Positions 18,041 through 28,688 of a stretch of 64,000 bases of DNA are shown here, in pieces. The DNA comes from Candidatus Bathyarchaeia archaeon (GTDB lineage: Archaea; Thermoproteota; Bathyarchaeia; 40CM-2-53-6): the NCBI GenBank assembly GCA_049513715.1, contig JBEKVV010000005.1, positions 158,048-222,047 of the forward strand. The letters run 5' to 3'. The number at the start of each line of letters is the position of its first letter. The first letter of the stretch is position 1. The position numbers and the translations under genes were made by a program. The notes below the pieces were generated by a model. The model was given only the letters and a program-made list of their open reading frames with translations. It was not told the DNA's origin and searched no databases.

Positions 18041-20812
18041 TTGAAGCCTATTACTCGGGCTTTGTTGGTTCTGCTTATTTTGACGTTGGCAGCCGGCGGC
18101 ATAGTTTACTACTGGATGTTCGCCCGGCAAACTATTCCCGTGATTACCACGGGCCAGCCGGCAGCGCAATTCACTTTCTTTCTTAACCCCCCATTTTTCC
18201 ACGTTGCCGCCGGTGAAGGAAAAAACATTACCACGTTCGTACAGCGAACGAGCGGTTTTTCGGGTGCTGTTAAGATTGAAATTGTGAATCCGCCGAGTTG
18301 GATAACCTACAACGCTATGACGGTCGACACAACCGTTTCAAACGCCACTTTCGCGATTATTGCTTCGCAGGATGCTCCTAAGACTGAATTGAATCTGACA
18401 GTGAGGGCGTCATCGGCGGGTGCCGCCGACCAAGTCGCAACATTGGACATGAAGGTTGTCGGTGTCTCCACTGTAACGTCAGACCATGGCTCAGCGGTTC
18501 TGTATGATACGACAAAGTTTCTCGATACCGACACGTTGAAGTCGCTCACCGCCTACTCAAATGGGACATTTGTTTTCTCCGCTGTCACTCCGCAACTGCA
18601 AAGTCTTGCTCGCGGCGACGTAATGGTGGTTCAGCCATCAAGCACACCTCTCGCAAAATTCGGTTTGGTACGCCTCGTTCTGTCGGTAACTCGGGAAGGA
18701 GGAGGTGTGATTGTGCAGACTATTCAGGCGACGCTGTTCGATGAATTGCAGCAGCTCCATGTTGGCTTTGGCAATGCTACATCGGTGCAGGCAGCACCCG
18801 GATCACTTGCTCCCGCCGCGATCCCGGACAATCCGAATCTCCCTACCGGCACAACGCCAAACGTTGTTTTCGAGGACTGGTTTACCCTTTACAGTGGCCA
18901 TTTTGGGACAGGTGGAGAGCGGTCTATTCCGGGCGGTGACGTTACCTTCTCAGCGGACGCGGGTATTGGAGTTGAGCTGGGACCTATGATCGACATTGCA
19001 TGGTCAGTAGGACATCCGATTCCATCACTGGACCAGGCTAGATTGAATGTTATTTATTGGGAAGATTTGACGCTTGCAGTGAAAGGAAGCGCAGGATCCC
19101 AACTGAACTATGAAGACGATAATCTACAACAGCTCTACTACGGCTCGATCCCGCTTGTTCCGGGCGTTTGGCTCGTCATATCAGCTACCCTGGAAGGTAA
19201 GGCCTCGGGAACGCTGCAACAGAACATCAACGGATACTTCCACCAAGGTATGAATTATGAAATGGGCCCAACTTACAGCTCCGACGAGGGGTGGTTCTTT
19301 TACTACCGCTGTAACTCAGAAACTCGGGGGGAATGCGACCCACCGACATTCGACAACCCACAGTTCTCGATCTCGGCAGGTTCTGGTTCTGATGCTACGA
19401 TTGAGTTGGGCCCCATGGTGAAGGTCAGTGTGGACGCGGACATAGGCGTAGCTGATGCGGCTGGCTTTGCGTCGCTGTCAGGGCTCTTGTTCGTGACATT
19501 GAAATCACAGATTCCCAGACCCTCAGACAGACCGCACTCCTGGTGGCTTGAGTGGGGGCTTGACGGAGATTTCGAACTAGGACTCTCCTTGTCCGTTGGC
19601 ATCTCGGTAGCAGGATACGAGATTGGGTTCTCGACGTGTCTGTGTTCCCCGCCTGCCCAAGGCAGATTGATTGGACCTGGTACACTATTCAACGGATTCG
19701 CCATTCCACCATTGGTTACTATCACATCCCCAAAGGACGGCTCAAACCTCGACTACAACTCGCTCACGATATTCCCTTCCTTCACTGCAACTGCCACTGG
19801 AGAAGACGGTGATCTCTGCAGTGGACCTCCGCAGAACCTCATATGGTCTGATGAGTATGGTCAAATTGGTACTGGCTGCACTCTTCCCAGCGTGACGTTC
19901 AATCAGGATGGTGTTCACCATATCCAATTTACTGCAACAGACAGTGCTGGCTCAAGTTCAAGCGCTACGGTAACCGTATCAGTAATCCTAGCCAAGCCTG
20001 ACGTGTACATAACCAAACCCCTTGACAATGAACAGTTCATGGTGGATGAACCCGTGACGCTTGAAGGCTACGCAATGCTGAAACTGACCAATCTTCCGTG
20101 CAACGGTGCTTCAGGGAAATTGGTTTTCAATATCTGGTTGTACGCCAATATCCCGTCCCAACCGGAATCCGGAACACAGTACTGCACCGCCACAACGACC
20201 TTCGACAAGCCAGGAACTTACTCCATCTTCCTAGTCGCCCAAGACAGTTCCGGAAAAACAACGGGCTTTTCGAAGCACGTAGAAATCAACATAATCGAGC
20301 CTTCGCAAGGTACAAACTACCCACCCAGCGTTCAGATTATTTCACCAAACGATCAACAATCCTTCCTCTACTTGAATTGGAAGATCACTCTGGATGGAAC
20401 CGTATTCGACTGGGAGGGAGACCCGCTCGGAACCTATACTTGGTCCTACGTTCCTCTATCCCTATCACAATCACCCGTAACGATAGCGACGGGCCCCCTT
20501 CCACCCTCCTCACAATGCACTAAAGATACACCATGCCACGTGACCGCCTCCCTAAACACGAATGACTATTGCAAGGACAATCCGACGGGCGGAGATCTGG
20601 CAATAGTGCTTGAGGCAACAGAAACAGGACCCGTCGAACAAACGGGTAAGAGTCAACCGGTCACGATTCATCTGTCCTGTGAAAAGCAAGTAGCGATCAT
20701 CACACCAATCATTAACCAACCGCCTCCAGCAGCACATCCGAATGTCAGCGTTTCCGCAAACGGGCCTCAACGACGAATTCTCGAAAACCATTCGTGCAAG
20801 GTATGCCCATGA
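18041..20812 (+). CDS. Large exported protein with Ig-like/PKD-type repeats
   Basis: N-terminal TM; three P.V.I..P.D repeats; Thr/Ser-rich beta composition; paired cysteines. Confidence 0.7.
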   Translation: MKPITRALLVLLILTLAAGGIVYYWMFARQTIPVITTGQPAAQFTFFLNPPFFHVAAGEGKNITTFVQRTSGFSGAVKIEIVNPPSWITYNAMTVDTTVSNATFAIIASQDAPKTELNLTVRASSAGAADQVATLDMKVVGVSTVTSDHGSAVLYDTTKFLDTDTLKSLTAYSNGTFVFSAVTPQLQSLARGDVMVVQPSSTPLAKFGLVRLVLSVTREGGGVIVQTIQATLFDELQQLHVGFGNATSVQAAPGSLAPAAIPDNPNLPTGTTPNVVFEDWFTLYSGHFGTGGERSIPGGDVTFSADAGIGVELGPMIDIAWSVGHPIPSLDQARLNVIYWEDLTLAVKGSAGSQLNYEDDNLQQLYYGSIPLVPGVWLVISATLEGKASGTLQQNINGYFHQGMNYEMGPTYSSDEGWFFYYRCNSETRGECDPPTFDNPQFSISAGSGSDATIELGPMVKVSVDADIGVADAAGFASLSGLLFVTLKSQIPRPSDRPHSWWLEWGLDGDFELGLSLSVGISVAGYEIGFSTCLCSPPAQGRLIGPGTLFNGFAIPPLVTITSPKDGSNLDYNSLTIFPSFTATATGEDGDLCSGPPQNLIWSDEYGQIGTGCTLPSVTFNQDGVHHIQFTATDSAGSSSSATVTVSVILAKPDVYITKPLDNEQFMVDEPVTLEGYAMLKLTNLPCNGASGKLVFNIWLYANIPSQPESGTQYCTATTTFDKPGTYSIFLVAQDSSGKTTGFSKHVEINIIEPSQGTNYPPSVQIISPNDQQSFLYLNWKITLDGTVFDWEGDPLGTYTWSYVPLSLSQSPVTIATGPLPPSSQCTKDTPCHVTASLNTNDYCKDNPTGGDLAIVLEATETGPVEQTGKSQPVTIHLSCEKQVAIITPIINQPPPAAHPNVSVSANGPQRRILENHSCKVCP

Positions 20813-22074
20813 CTAGGCCAACCGTACTTGGTCGCCGCACCCTGCACCTCGTAGCAATCATCGGGCTGCTCATCGTATTGGTTCAAGTGCCAGCGACACA
20901 TGCGGCAACGCTCACACTCACCTCAGACCCTGACTGCGTCTCCCGTGGTCCAGACCAGGTGGATTGTTTCGCTAGAGGACAGGACAACGCGCTCTGGCAC
21001 TTATACCGCAAGGCAGGAACATGGTCCAGTTGGGAGTCCCTTGGAGGCAACCTAACCTCAGGGCCGTCGGCAACCTCATGGGGACCAGACCGTCTAGACA
21101 TGTTTGCTAGAGGACCCGACAATGGGTTGTGGCACGTGTGGTGGGATGGATCACTTCATCCATGGGAGTCTTTGGGCGGCGCAATTACAAGCAACCCAGA
21201 TTGCACTTCCATCCCAACTACCCAGGAGATTTTCTGCTTCGCCAGAGGTCCCCAAAAGGCTCTCTGGTACACTGGCTTTTCCGGCGGAACCTGGACCACA
21301 TGGAAGTCCTTAGGTGGGATCCTAGCCTCAGGCCCAGGGGTTTCATCCTGGAAGGATGACGTGGAAATCTTCGTGAAAAGCACGGATAACGCGATGTGGC
21401 AGATATCCATGGGAGCGGGAGGGAGCTTAAGCCAGTGGCAGAAAAGGGGTGGCGCACTTACCTCGGACCCTGACGCTGTCTCATGGGGGCCGAACCGTAT
21501 TGATATTGTTGTGAGAGGTCCTGACAATGGGATCTGGTACAAGTGGATGAACGGAGGAACATGGAGCAATGGCTGCCAGGGCTGTGACGGATATTATAAT
21601 CTAGGCGGTAAATCAATTTCAGGACCCACAATCGCGTCCAGAGATGTGAATAGCCTTGATGTCTTTACTGTAAGCACGGACAATCACCTCTATCACAAAG
21701 GATGGAACGGAGCCGTTTGGAGTCCCTGGGAAGCCATCCCGATGACAATGGCGCCCACAGGCATGACAACGACGACGAGCCAGCCAACATCTGTCAGTAG
21801 CGGCTCCACGACGATTTCTCCAATATCGATCGCCAGTAGTAGCTCTACCTCTCCGGTAGTAACTCCATCCGTCACAGTCACCTCGACACCTACGTCATTG
21901 TTCACTCAATCACCGAGCACACAAACTCCTAACCAGACTGGAATAGGGGAGATTTTGGCTACGCTGCAGCCGACTGACCTGATCGTAATCGGCGGCATTG
22001 TTGTCATTGCGGGTGTCTTGATTGCGCTCGTGTTGAGAGTACGCGGAAAACCAGCATCAGACACTAGTTCATGA
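20809..22074 (+). CDS. Surface protein with Trp-rich beta-propeller repeats (PLL/fucose-lectin-like) and C-terminal TM anchor
   Basis: Repeats of SWGP.RLD.FARG.DN.LWH..W.G..W..WESLGG; Ser/Thr linker; TM followed by basic residues. Confidence 0.75.
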   Translation: MTRPTVLGRRTLHLVAIIGLLIVLVQVPATHAATLTLTSDPDCVSRGPDQVDCFARGQDNALWHLYRKAGTWSSWESLGGNLTSGPSATSWGPDRLDMFARGPDNGLWHVWWDGSLHPWESLGGAITSNPDCTSIPTTQEIFCFARGPQKALWYTGFSGGTWTTWKSLGGILASGPGVSSWKDDVEIFVKSTDNAMWQISMGAGGSLSQWQKRGGALTSDPDAVSWGPNRIDIVVRGPDNGIWYKWMNGGTWSNGCQGCDGYYNLGGKSISGPTIASRDVNSLDVFTVSTDNHLYHKGWNGAVWSPWEAIPMTMAPTGMTTTTSQPTSVSSGSTTISPISIASSSSTSPVVTPSVTVTSTPTSLFTQSPSTQTPNQTGIGEILATLQPTDLIVIGGIVVIAGVLIALVLRVRGKPASDTSS

Positions 22075-22553
22075 GGGAAGGGCATAGTCTACAGCATCCA
22101 ATGCGGATCCCAAAATCCCAATGGCAATGAGTTCTGTGGAAAATGTGGCACTGAAGTTCAAGACTAGTGCCCGGTTCGTCCCTAGTATGTTGGTGCGCAC
22201 ACCCACTTTTTCACGCTCCTCGCTTCGCTTTGTGTGATATGACTGGTGCGCGACGACGACGAAAAGACGGATGGTCTGTGGGTTGGGGTTTGTTGTTAGG
22301 TGGTTTGTGGTTGAGTGGTTAGTGGCGTGTGCGCACCACTATACCCACACACATTCATCGCGGAGGATGGGAAGAGGTTGCTGAAGGAGTGGCTCACAGA
22401 ACGAGAATCGATGCTGGAAAAAGCAGGGCTAGAGGATTCAGACTATTTCTTCCTTAACTGGCGTCGGAAATCGAGATGCAGGTAACAGCCGCGGAACACG
22501 GGCATGATGCACAGGCTTAAGTTGCCTATGATAGAGCTATCGGTGATAGGCCA

Positions 22554-24368
22554 TTGTTCTTCCGTGTCTTGAGTTCAAACCGAGCTTTGGCTTTGGTCGT
22601 TGCCTCGATGGTGATATTGTCTGTTATTTCCCCTACCGTGAGAGTTGGTGCTATAACCACGATACTTGATCAGCAGTGTTCAACTGTTGGTGGATTTTAC
22701 CTAAACGGCATCGGTGCATCTGAGCCCGCAGGGCAGACGTTCACGCCGACCCAAACATCTGTGGTAGCCTTCTCAATTAACATCTATTCGACAAGCCCCT
22801 TTCCCACACCTATGACGGCGAAGATACTAGCGGGAGGAATCGGTGGAGCGGTACAGGGGTCCGTTAACTTCAACGTTCCGGCCGTTTTCGGTTTGCCAAG
22901 TGGCGACTGGTTCAAAGTGCAGTTTACCAGTGGAGTTCCGGTGATCCCTGGTTCGATTTATGCGCTTGATCTCACCGACAATCTCGCCTCTTCTGGCATT
23001 AAGTGGAATGGCTGTAAGGATAGCTATCCCGGGGGAAAGGCGTACTCCAGCGGGAGCTATAACACATATAACACAGTCGGAGCCTCTTACAGTTTCAAGG
23101 AGTATGCGTTCGGCCTGACGGTGACACCGGTCGCGACGCCGGATTTCTCAATCTCATCCTCTCTTGCCGCCATACCGGTAACACAGGGAGGAAGCAATAC
23201 AGCTACAATTACGGTGACTTCGATTAACGGACTCAATTCGGCAGTTGACCTGTCTGCTTCTTGGGTTGGGTCCGCACCGACTGGCGTGACATTCACGCTA
23301 CCGACCCCGATAACGCCACCGTCAGGAAGCACTGCGACATCACCATTGATAATTGTGGCTACCGGAAGCGCCTCCACAGGAAGTTTCACCCTTCGTGTGA
23401 CTGGGACGAGCGGATTGCTCAGTCACGATGTCATACCTGACATAACAATACAAGTGGCGGCAGTCACAACAAGCACAACAACACCACCAACACCAGCTAC
23501 GGATTGGGCAGTTCTCTCCGTTTCGCTAAGCCCTTCTGCTCCACATGTCGGTGACCCGGTCACATTCAGTATGGTAGTGACCGCGCTCTCGTCTCCGGGA
23601 CCATTTCCGCAGAGCTTTGCTGCTGTTTGCCAGATCGACGGAGTATCCTGTGGTGGTGGCTCTCATACCTACCCTGGACCACTGGATACTCCTTTCACTG
23701 TAAGCGCGCAAACACCTTGGATTGCGACGGTTGGTACGCATACTCTGACCTGGGGAGTCGCCACGATCCCAGTGGGTCTCGACCCGGACAAGAGTAACAA
23801 TATGAAGAGCACTACTTTCACGGTGGCACAAGCATCCTCACAGCAAACGACGACAGCCTCTTCGACCGCGTCTCAGGCTCCTGATTTTCAGGTTAATGTG
23901 AGTCCGCCATCCCAAACCGTGCTTCAAGGCGAGACGACTTCATATGCGGTTGATGTTGCTGGTTTGAACGGGTTCAATTCGCAGGTTTCATTGTCTGTCT
24001 CAGGATTGCCTCCGGGCGCGAATGGAGTCTTCAGTAACCCCTCGGGAACTCCAAACTTTGCTTCAACCCTCACGGTCATATTATCGGGGGATGTTGCAAC
24101 TGGTTCGTATACGTTGGTGGTGACCGGGAGTGGAGGAGGATTAAGCCACGTGGCCAACCTAGTTCTAACAGTTAACGCAGCCGTAGTAACGCAAACCTCA
24201 GCCTCCTCAACTGAAACCGTAGCGTCTTCAACTCAAACATCAAGCGACCTGACGAGCATGATCCAACAAAACCAACTCCTCATACTCGCAGCCGTAGTCT
24301 TGTTGGCAGCCGTCATAATTGCGGTAGCGTTGCGTGGCCGACGAAAACCAACCTCAACCACCAACTAA
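22554..24368 (+). CDS. Surface protein with Ig-like/CARDB-like domains and C-terminal TM anchor
   Basis: Signal peptide; two PDF....P....V.QG repeats; D.....SNN motif; Thr/Ser linker; TM. Confidence 0.7.
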   Translation: MFFRVLSSNRALALVVASMVILSVISPTVRVGAITTILDQQCSTVGGFYLNGIGASEPAGQTFTPTQTSVVAFSINIYSTSPFPTPMTAKILAGGIGGAVQGSVNFNVPAVFGLPSGDWFKVQFTSGVPVIPGSIYALDLTDNLASSGIKWNGCKDSYPGGKAYSSGSYNTYNTVGASYSFKEYAFGLTVTPVATPDFSISSSLAAIPVTQGGSNTATITVTSINGLNSAVDLSASWVGSAPTGVTFTLPTPITPPSGSTATSPLIIVATGSASTGSFTLRVTGTSGLLSHDVIPDITIQVAAVTTSTTTPPTPATDWAVLSVSLSPSAPHVGDPVTFSMVVTALSSPGPFPQSFAAVCQIDGVSCGGGSHTYPGPLDTPFTVSAQTPWIATVGTHTLTWGVATIPVGLDPDKSNNMKSTTFTVAQASSQQTTTASSTASQAPDFQVNVSPPSQTVLQGETTSYAVDVAGLNGFNSQVSLSVSGLPPGANGVFSNPSGTPNFASTLTVILSGDVATGSYTLVVTGSGGGLSHVANLVLTVNAAVVTQTSASSTETVASSTQTSSDLTSMIQQNQLLILAAVVLLAAVIIAVALRGRRKPTSTTN

Positions 24369-24467
24369 ACCCTAACTGATCCATCAATTCGAACCCTCGC
24401 TGAGCATAGTGTGCATATCTATCGGTGCGGTCGCCTTGAGTCGGCCGGCCGTCGTTCACGTAATTTC

Positions 24468-24510
24468 GTGTGTGTGTGGGTCCAGTGGTGCGGCCGCCGG
24501 AACTCGAACC
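24468..24510 (-). repeat. R2 site (inverted)
   Basis: GTGTGTGTGTGGGTCCAG-TGGTGCG-GCCGCCGGAACTCGAACC on +. Confidence 0.78.
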
Positions 24511-24552
24511 TACCTACGTGAATCCTTGGGACGCAGGGAAATCATCTAACTC

Positions 24553-24598
24553 GTGCGGGGGAGGGGATTTCAGCCCCACTTTACCGGTACATATAAGC
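24553..24598 (+). repeat. R1 site 9 (tRNA-Leu 3'-end left arm)
   Basis: GTGCGGGGGA-GGGG-ATTTCAG-CCCC-ACTTTACCGGTACATATAAGC. Confidence 0.92.
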
Positions 24599-24655
24599 CG
24601 CCTAAGTTCAGTGTGCCCTTTGACGACTAGGTCAAGCCAACGCTAAGGGCTTAGC

Positions 24656-24982
24656 ATGAAGAAAGTACCCTTTGTTTGCACTGCCAATCTGCAGCGCAGC
24701 CCAACAGCTGAGAACCTCTTTCAAGGCTGGAATGGGGCTTGGAAAGCAAAGTCCGCTGGAATAATGCCGCATCCAAAAGGCAAATCGTTGACTCAGGAGC
24801 TCATTGATCAAACAGACCTTATCATAGTCATGGAACGAATCCACAGTCAATACATACACTCGCATTTCAAGTGTAGTCCAGACAAGTTACGAATCCTGAA
24901 CATAGCTGACATTTACTACCGGGACGACCCGGAACTCATAAGCATACTTCGGAAGAAAGTCCCACCAATTCTACAGGAATAG
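24656..24982 (+). CDS. Small LMW phosphotyrosine phosphatase-like protein
   Basis: FVCTANLQRSPTAE, SAGI, DLIIVME, LNIADIY...DPEL. Confidence 0.82.
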   Translation: MKKVPFVCTANLQRSPTAENLFQGWNGAWKAKSAGIMPHPKGKSLTQELIDQTDLIIVMERIHSQYIHSHFKCSPDKLRILNIADIYYRDDPELISILRKKVPPILQE

Positions 24983-25170
24983 TTCCAAGTTCCTCCCAAC
25001 TCCTCAGAAACTGTAAAGTCGAAGGGAGAGAATTGCCTGGGCCGGGAGCATAAGGAATCAATTAGGACGAAAAGGGAAACATTTCTACGTGTGATTTACG
25101 AATCTCTAGTCATAGTGGGAACTCTAAGCTTCAAAGAATAACGGGTCACACGGCTCGGGGAATAGCGTAC

Positions 25171-25764
25171 ATGGTCAACACTCACACTGTGAGAGGCAGG
25201 ATCCGAGAAAGCGGAATGCCTCCAGAAGAGGTTTGGAGTGGCTTCTTCGATGCCGAGAAAATTCTTGATGCCATGAAGATTGACTCGGCGGTCAGGGATG
25301 CGGCAGACTTCGCATGCGGCTATGGAACATTCACTATTCCAGCTGCCCGAAGAATACAAGGAATCATGTTTGCCTTAGATATTGACCCACGGATGGTCCG
25401 TAGTGTCGATGAGAAGTCGAGCAGCCTAGGATTGGCTAACGTAAAGTCGCTCATCAGGGATTTACTACATGATGGTTCAGGCTTAAGGAGCGACAGTGTG
25501 GATTATGTGATGGTCTTTAACATACTCCACTTGGAAGACCCTCTGATTATTCTTCAGGAGTGCCTTAGGGTTCTCAGGCCGAAAGGGCGAGTTGGTATCA
25601 TTCACTGGATACGTGATCCCAATACGCCTAGGGGACCGCCCTTGGAGATGCGCCCTACAGTGGAACGGTGCGTAAACTGGTGTCTTCAAGCGGGCTTCGT
25701 TACGGGGTCAGACATCCACGTGGACCTGAAACCGTATCATTTCGGATTGTTGATGAGAAAGTAA
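25171..25764 (+). CDS. Class I SAM-dependent methyltransferase
   Basis: DFACGYGTF motif I, ALDID, RVLRPKG. Confidence 0.85.
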   Translation: MVNTHTVRGRIRESGMPPEEVWSGFFDAEKILDAMKIDSAVRDAADFACGYGTFTIPAARRIQGIMFALDIDPRMVRSVDEKSSSLGLANVKSLIRDLLHDGSGLRSDSVDYVMVFNILHLEDPLIILQECLRVLRPKGRVGIIHWIRDPNTPRGPPLEMRPTVERCVNWCLQAGFVTGSDIHVDLKPYHFGLLMRK

Positions 25765-25876
25765 GTGTCGATTATGTATGAAGTCACGTTACTCCTGCAA
25801 TAATGTTTTGGGGCGGCTGGTTCGATTTGTTGGGCGTATCGAGAAACCAAAACCTGTGGGGAGAGCTGTATATCGT

Positions 25877-26400
25877 CTAGGTCTCTGAGTACGTCTTTCC
25901 TCTGGCAGCGATCGTCAGCATCAAAATTGCGAAGAATGATGCGCTTATGAAGCTCCACTTAACATCCGAAACAGTTGCTACAACTCCAGCAAGGACTGGC
26001 CCAATTGCGTTACCGATTCCAATGACGCTCTCGTACGATCCGACCGCCGCACCCGCTTGTTCGTCCGGAAAATGGCGTGAAATGAGGCTTATGCTCAATG
26101 GGAAAACTATAGCAAAGCATCCTCCCAGGATAGCGATAGCCGGTAGGAAAGCGTTGAAGGTTGGGTGGAGGGCTATGACCAGACAGCCTGCGCAAATCGA
26201 TAGGGACACTAACATTAGCGCCTTCCTCTCGCCGAAATGCAGGAAACGTTCGGACATGGCATAGGCAGAGACTCTTACGATGCCAAATGCGGTGAATAAG
26301 CCGCCAATCAAGACCGCACTTATCCCAACCGAGTTCGCGTAACCGGGAAAGATTGAGGTTATGATGCCGAAAACTATTCACCGAGGTGCGGTGAATGTGA
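25877..26400 (-). pseudogene. C-terminal half of an MFS transporter (5'-truncated)
   Basis: SERF..FGERK, GAAVGSY..IG..IGPVLAG pattern; only ~5-6 TM; no room for the N-half before the cysteine synthase gene. Confidence 0.65.
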
Positions 26401-26437
26401 ACTTGCTTCTGTGATCCGACTACAGGATTTCATCGAC

Positions 26438-27433
26438 TCAAGTAGTGTACCGTTCGTCGCTGAAGTATCTGTCGCCTCTGTCGACGCATATGGTGACTAC
26501 GTTTCCTGTGGGCAACTTCTTGGCTTCTTTCAATGCTACGTAAACATTCGCGCCTGTTGACATCCCACAGAAAATTCCTTCCTCCCTAGAGAGTTTGTAT
26601 GCCGTTTCTCTTGCCTCTTCGTTTCCGACTTGGACGATCTCATCTGCGATATCTTCGTCTACTATTTGTTTTTGAATTCCGCCGGTTACTCCAGGTATTT
26701 CTTGTTTTACTCCACTTTTCCAACCTGAAAGAACTGCTTCTTCGCCAGCCCATCCGGTTGGTTCTACAGCTACGCACCTGGTACGTGGGTTTGACTCTTT
26801 CAGAATGTGCGAGACACCCATGAAGTTTCCTCCGGTACCGATGGACGAAACGAAAACGTCAACTTTCCTGTTAAGTTGCTTTAGGATCTCTCTGCCCATG
26901 TCAGCGTGAGCGAGGAAATTGCTGGGGTTGCTGAACTGGCGTGCCCACCATAGAGAGGAATCTTTTTCCTCAGCAGCCATGCACAATGCTCTACCCGGTT
27001 CTTCAAGCATTTCTCCCGGAAGGCCCGCCTTTCTGGCTTCCTCTCGCTGGGCGAGAGGAACGGGGGAGGGTGTCGTTACGAATTGGGCTCCATAACGAGT
27101 TAGAATCTTCTTCTTCTCATCTGTCAGAGAGGCTTCTGATATGAATACCTTAACTTTGTATCGCTTCATGCCTCCCACATATGCGAGCGCGATGGCAGTG
27201 TTTCCAGAACTTGATTCGATAATCGTACGACCGGGTTTTAGCAAACCAGCTCTCTCAGCGTCCTCGATGATTCTCAAAGCCATTCTATCCTTGTAACTCC
27301 CGCTGGGGTTGAGATTTTCCAACTTGACGAATACATTGCCATCGGCCGTACTTTTTGTCAGGCTCTTCAACTTCACAATTGGTGTATTACCAATTAGATC
27401 AAGCGTGCTTTCTACGACATTCATGCTACTCAA
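26438..27433 (-). CDS. PLP-dependent cysteine synthase family protein
   Basis: IGNTP, KLENLNPSGSYKDR, ESSSGNT, QFSNPSN, IGTGG, DRGDRY. Confidence 0.9.
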   Translation of the reverse strand: MSSMNVVESTLDLIGNTPIVKLKSLTKSTADGNVFVKLENLNPSGSYKDRMALRIIEDAERAGLLKPGRTIIESSSGNTAIALAYVGGMKRYKVKVFISEASLTDEKKKILTRYGAQFVTTPSPVPLAQREEARKAGLPGEMLEEPGRALCMAAEEKDSSLWWARQFSNPSNFLAHADMGREILKQLNRKVDVFVSSIGTGGNFMGVSHILKESNPRTRCVAVEPTGWAGEEAVLSGWKSGVKQEIPGVTGGIQKQIVDEDIADEIVQVGNEEARETAYKLSREEGIFCGMSTGANVYVALKEAKKLPTGNVVTICVDRGDRYFSDERYTT

Positions 27434-27583
27434 TGCACCCCGACTTGACTTCTTGTCGAGTTTAAGGATTTAGAACAGCTTACAAAGCGATGGGGCAACG
27501 TTAAGTGTGAAGATGAGCCGCAACCAATAAACGTGGACGGAGAGCACACGGTTGTCGTCTAATCAAAAATTGAAGGAAGAATA

Positions 27584-28678
27584 ATGATGAGCTTTGCAGA
27601 ATTTGACAAACAAACCTATGAACAAAGGTGGGAAAAGGTACAAAGAAGGCTAAGGGAGACTGGGAACGAAGCTTTCTTAATTAACCAACCTGGGAATGTC
27701 AAGTACCTTTCGTGTGCTCACATCCCAAGATTCCTGCCTGTCAGCAGCCTCATAATTCCGAAGACCGGTGACATCGTCGCTCTTGCTTATCCTCTAGAGA
27801 AACCACGTGTAAGATCACTCTCAACTATACACGAGTACCTTCTCCTTCCGAATCGCGTGCCTAGTGAGTCTCTTGTGAGAGCTGGAATATGCAGAGTACT
27901 TAGGAAACTGAGAGTCCGAAGATTGCTGAGCGATACACCCGAGCATCTTCCGGGACTTGCCTTGAAACTCGACGACTTCATCTTCAAGTTGAGGGAACAG
28001 AAGAATGATGAAGAGATTCAATGTATCGCTAAGGCTTGCGAGATCGTTGTCGGCGTAATTTCCTACGCCGAACGTGAACTGTTGAAGCCTGGTTATACTG
28101 AAGTCGAGATAGCCGCAGAAATTGACCGTGAAGCAAGAAGGTCTGGGGCTCAGATGATGACCTTTGATACTATGGTTGCTTCTGGAGAAAACTCTGCCCA
28201 CCCACATCACTTTGTTTCAGATAGACGTGTGAAGGATCATGATTGGGTAGTTTTGGACTGTGGGGCATTCTATCGAGGTTACTGTTCTGACGTAACTAGA
28301 ACATATCAAGTAGGAGGGCACAGCGCTGAGTTCGAGAACATTCACAATATCGTTACAGAAGCGCAACGAAAGGCAATAGAGCTGTCACGGGCAGGTGTAA
28401 AACTGAGTGTCATCGACAGCGCTGCACGTAACGTAATAAAGGAATCCGGCTACTATGGTAATTTCACAACTGTCACAGGACACGGATTAGGCGTTACGAT
28501 GGGAGGGAGCGGGGGTGAGCGGCCCACTATAGCCCCCGGCGCTGCGGGCAGGGCTAAGAACGGCAACGTTTTCACTGTCGAGCCGGGGATTTATCTCGAG
28601 GGGAGGGGAGGCGTGCGAATCGAAGACGATGTGGTCTCCTTTGAAGACGCTCGCGTACTTTCACGATCGGAATTGTGA
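27584..28678 (+). CDS. Xaa-Pro aminopeptidase/prolidase (M24B)
   Basis: HPHH, LDCG....GYCSD.TRT, GHGLG, TVEPGIY...GGVRIEDD. Confidence 0.88.
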   Translation: MMSFAEFDKQTYEQRWEKVQRRLRETGNEAFLINQPGNVKYLSCAHIPRFLPVSSLIIPKTGDIVALAYPLEKPRVRSLSTIHEYLLLPNRVPSESLVRAGICRVLRKLRVRRLLSDTPEHLPGLALKLDDFIFKLREQKNDEEIQCIAKACEIVVGVISYAERELLKPGYTEVEIAAEIDREARRSGAQMMTFDTMVASGENSAHPHHFVSDRRVKDHDWVVLDCGAFYRGYCSDVTRTYQVGGHSAEFENIHNIVTEAQRKAIELSRAGVKLSVIDSAARNVIKESGYYGNFTTVTGHGLGVTMGGSGGERPTIAPGAAGRAKNGNVFTVEPGIYLEGRGGVRIEDDVVSFEDARVLSRSEL

Positions 28679-28688
28679 AGTGAGACAA

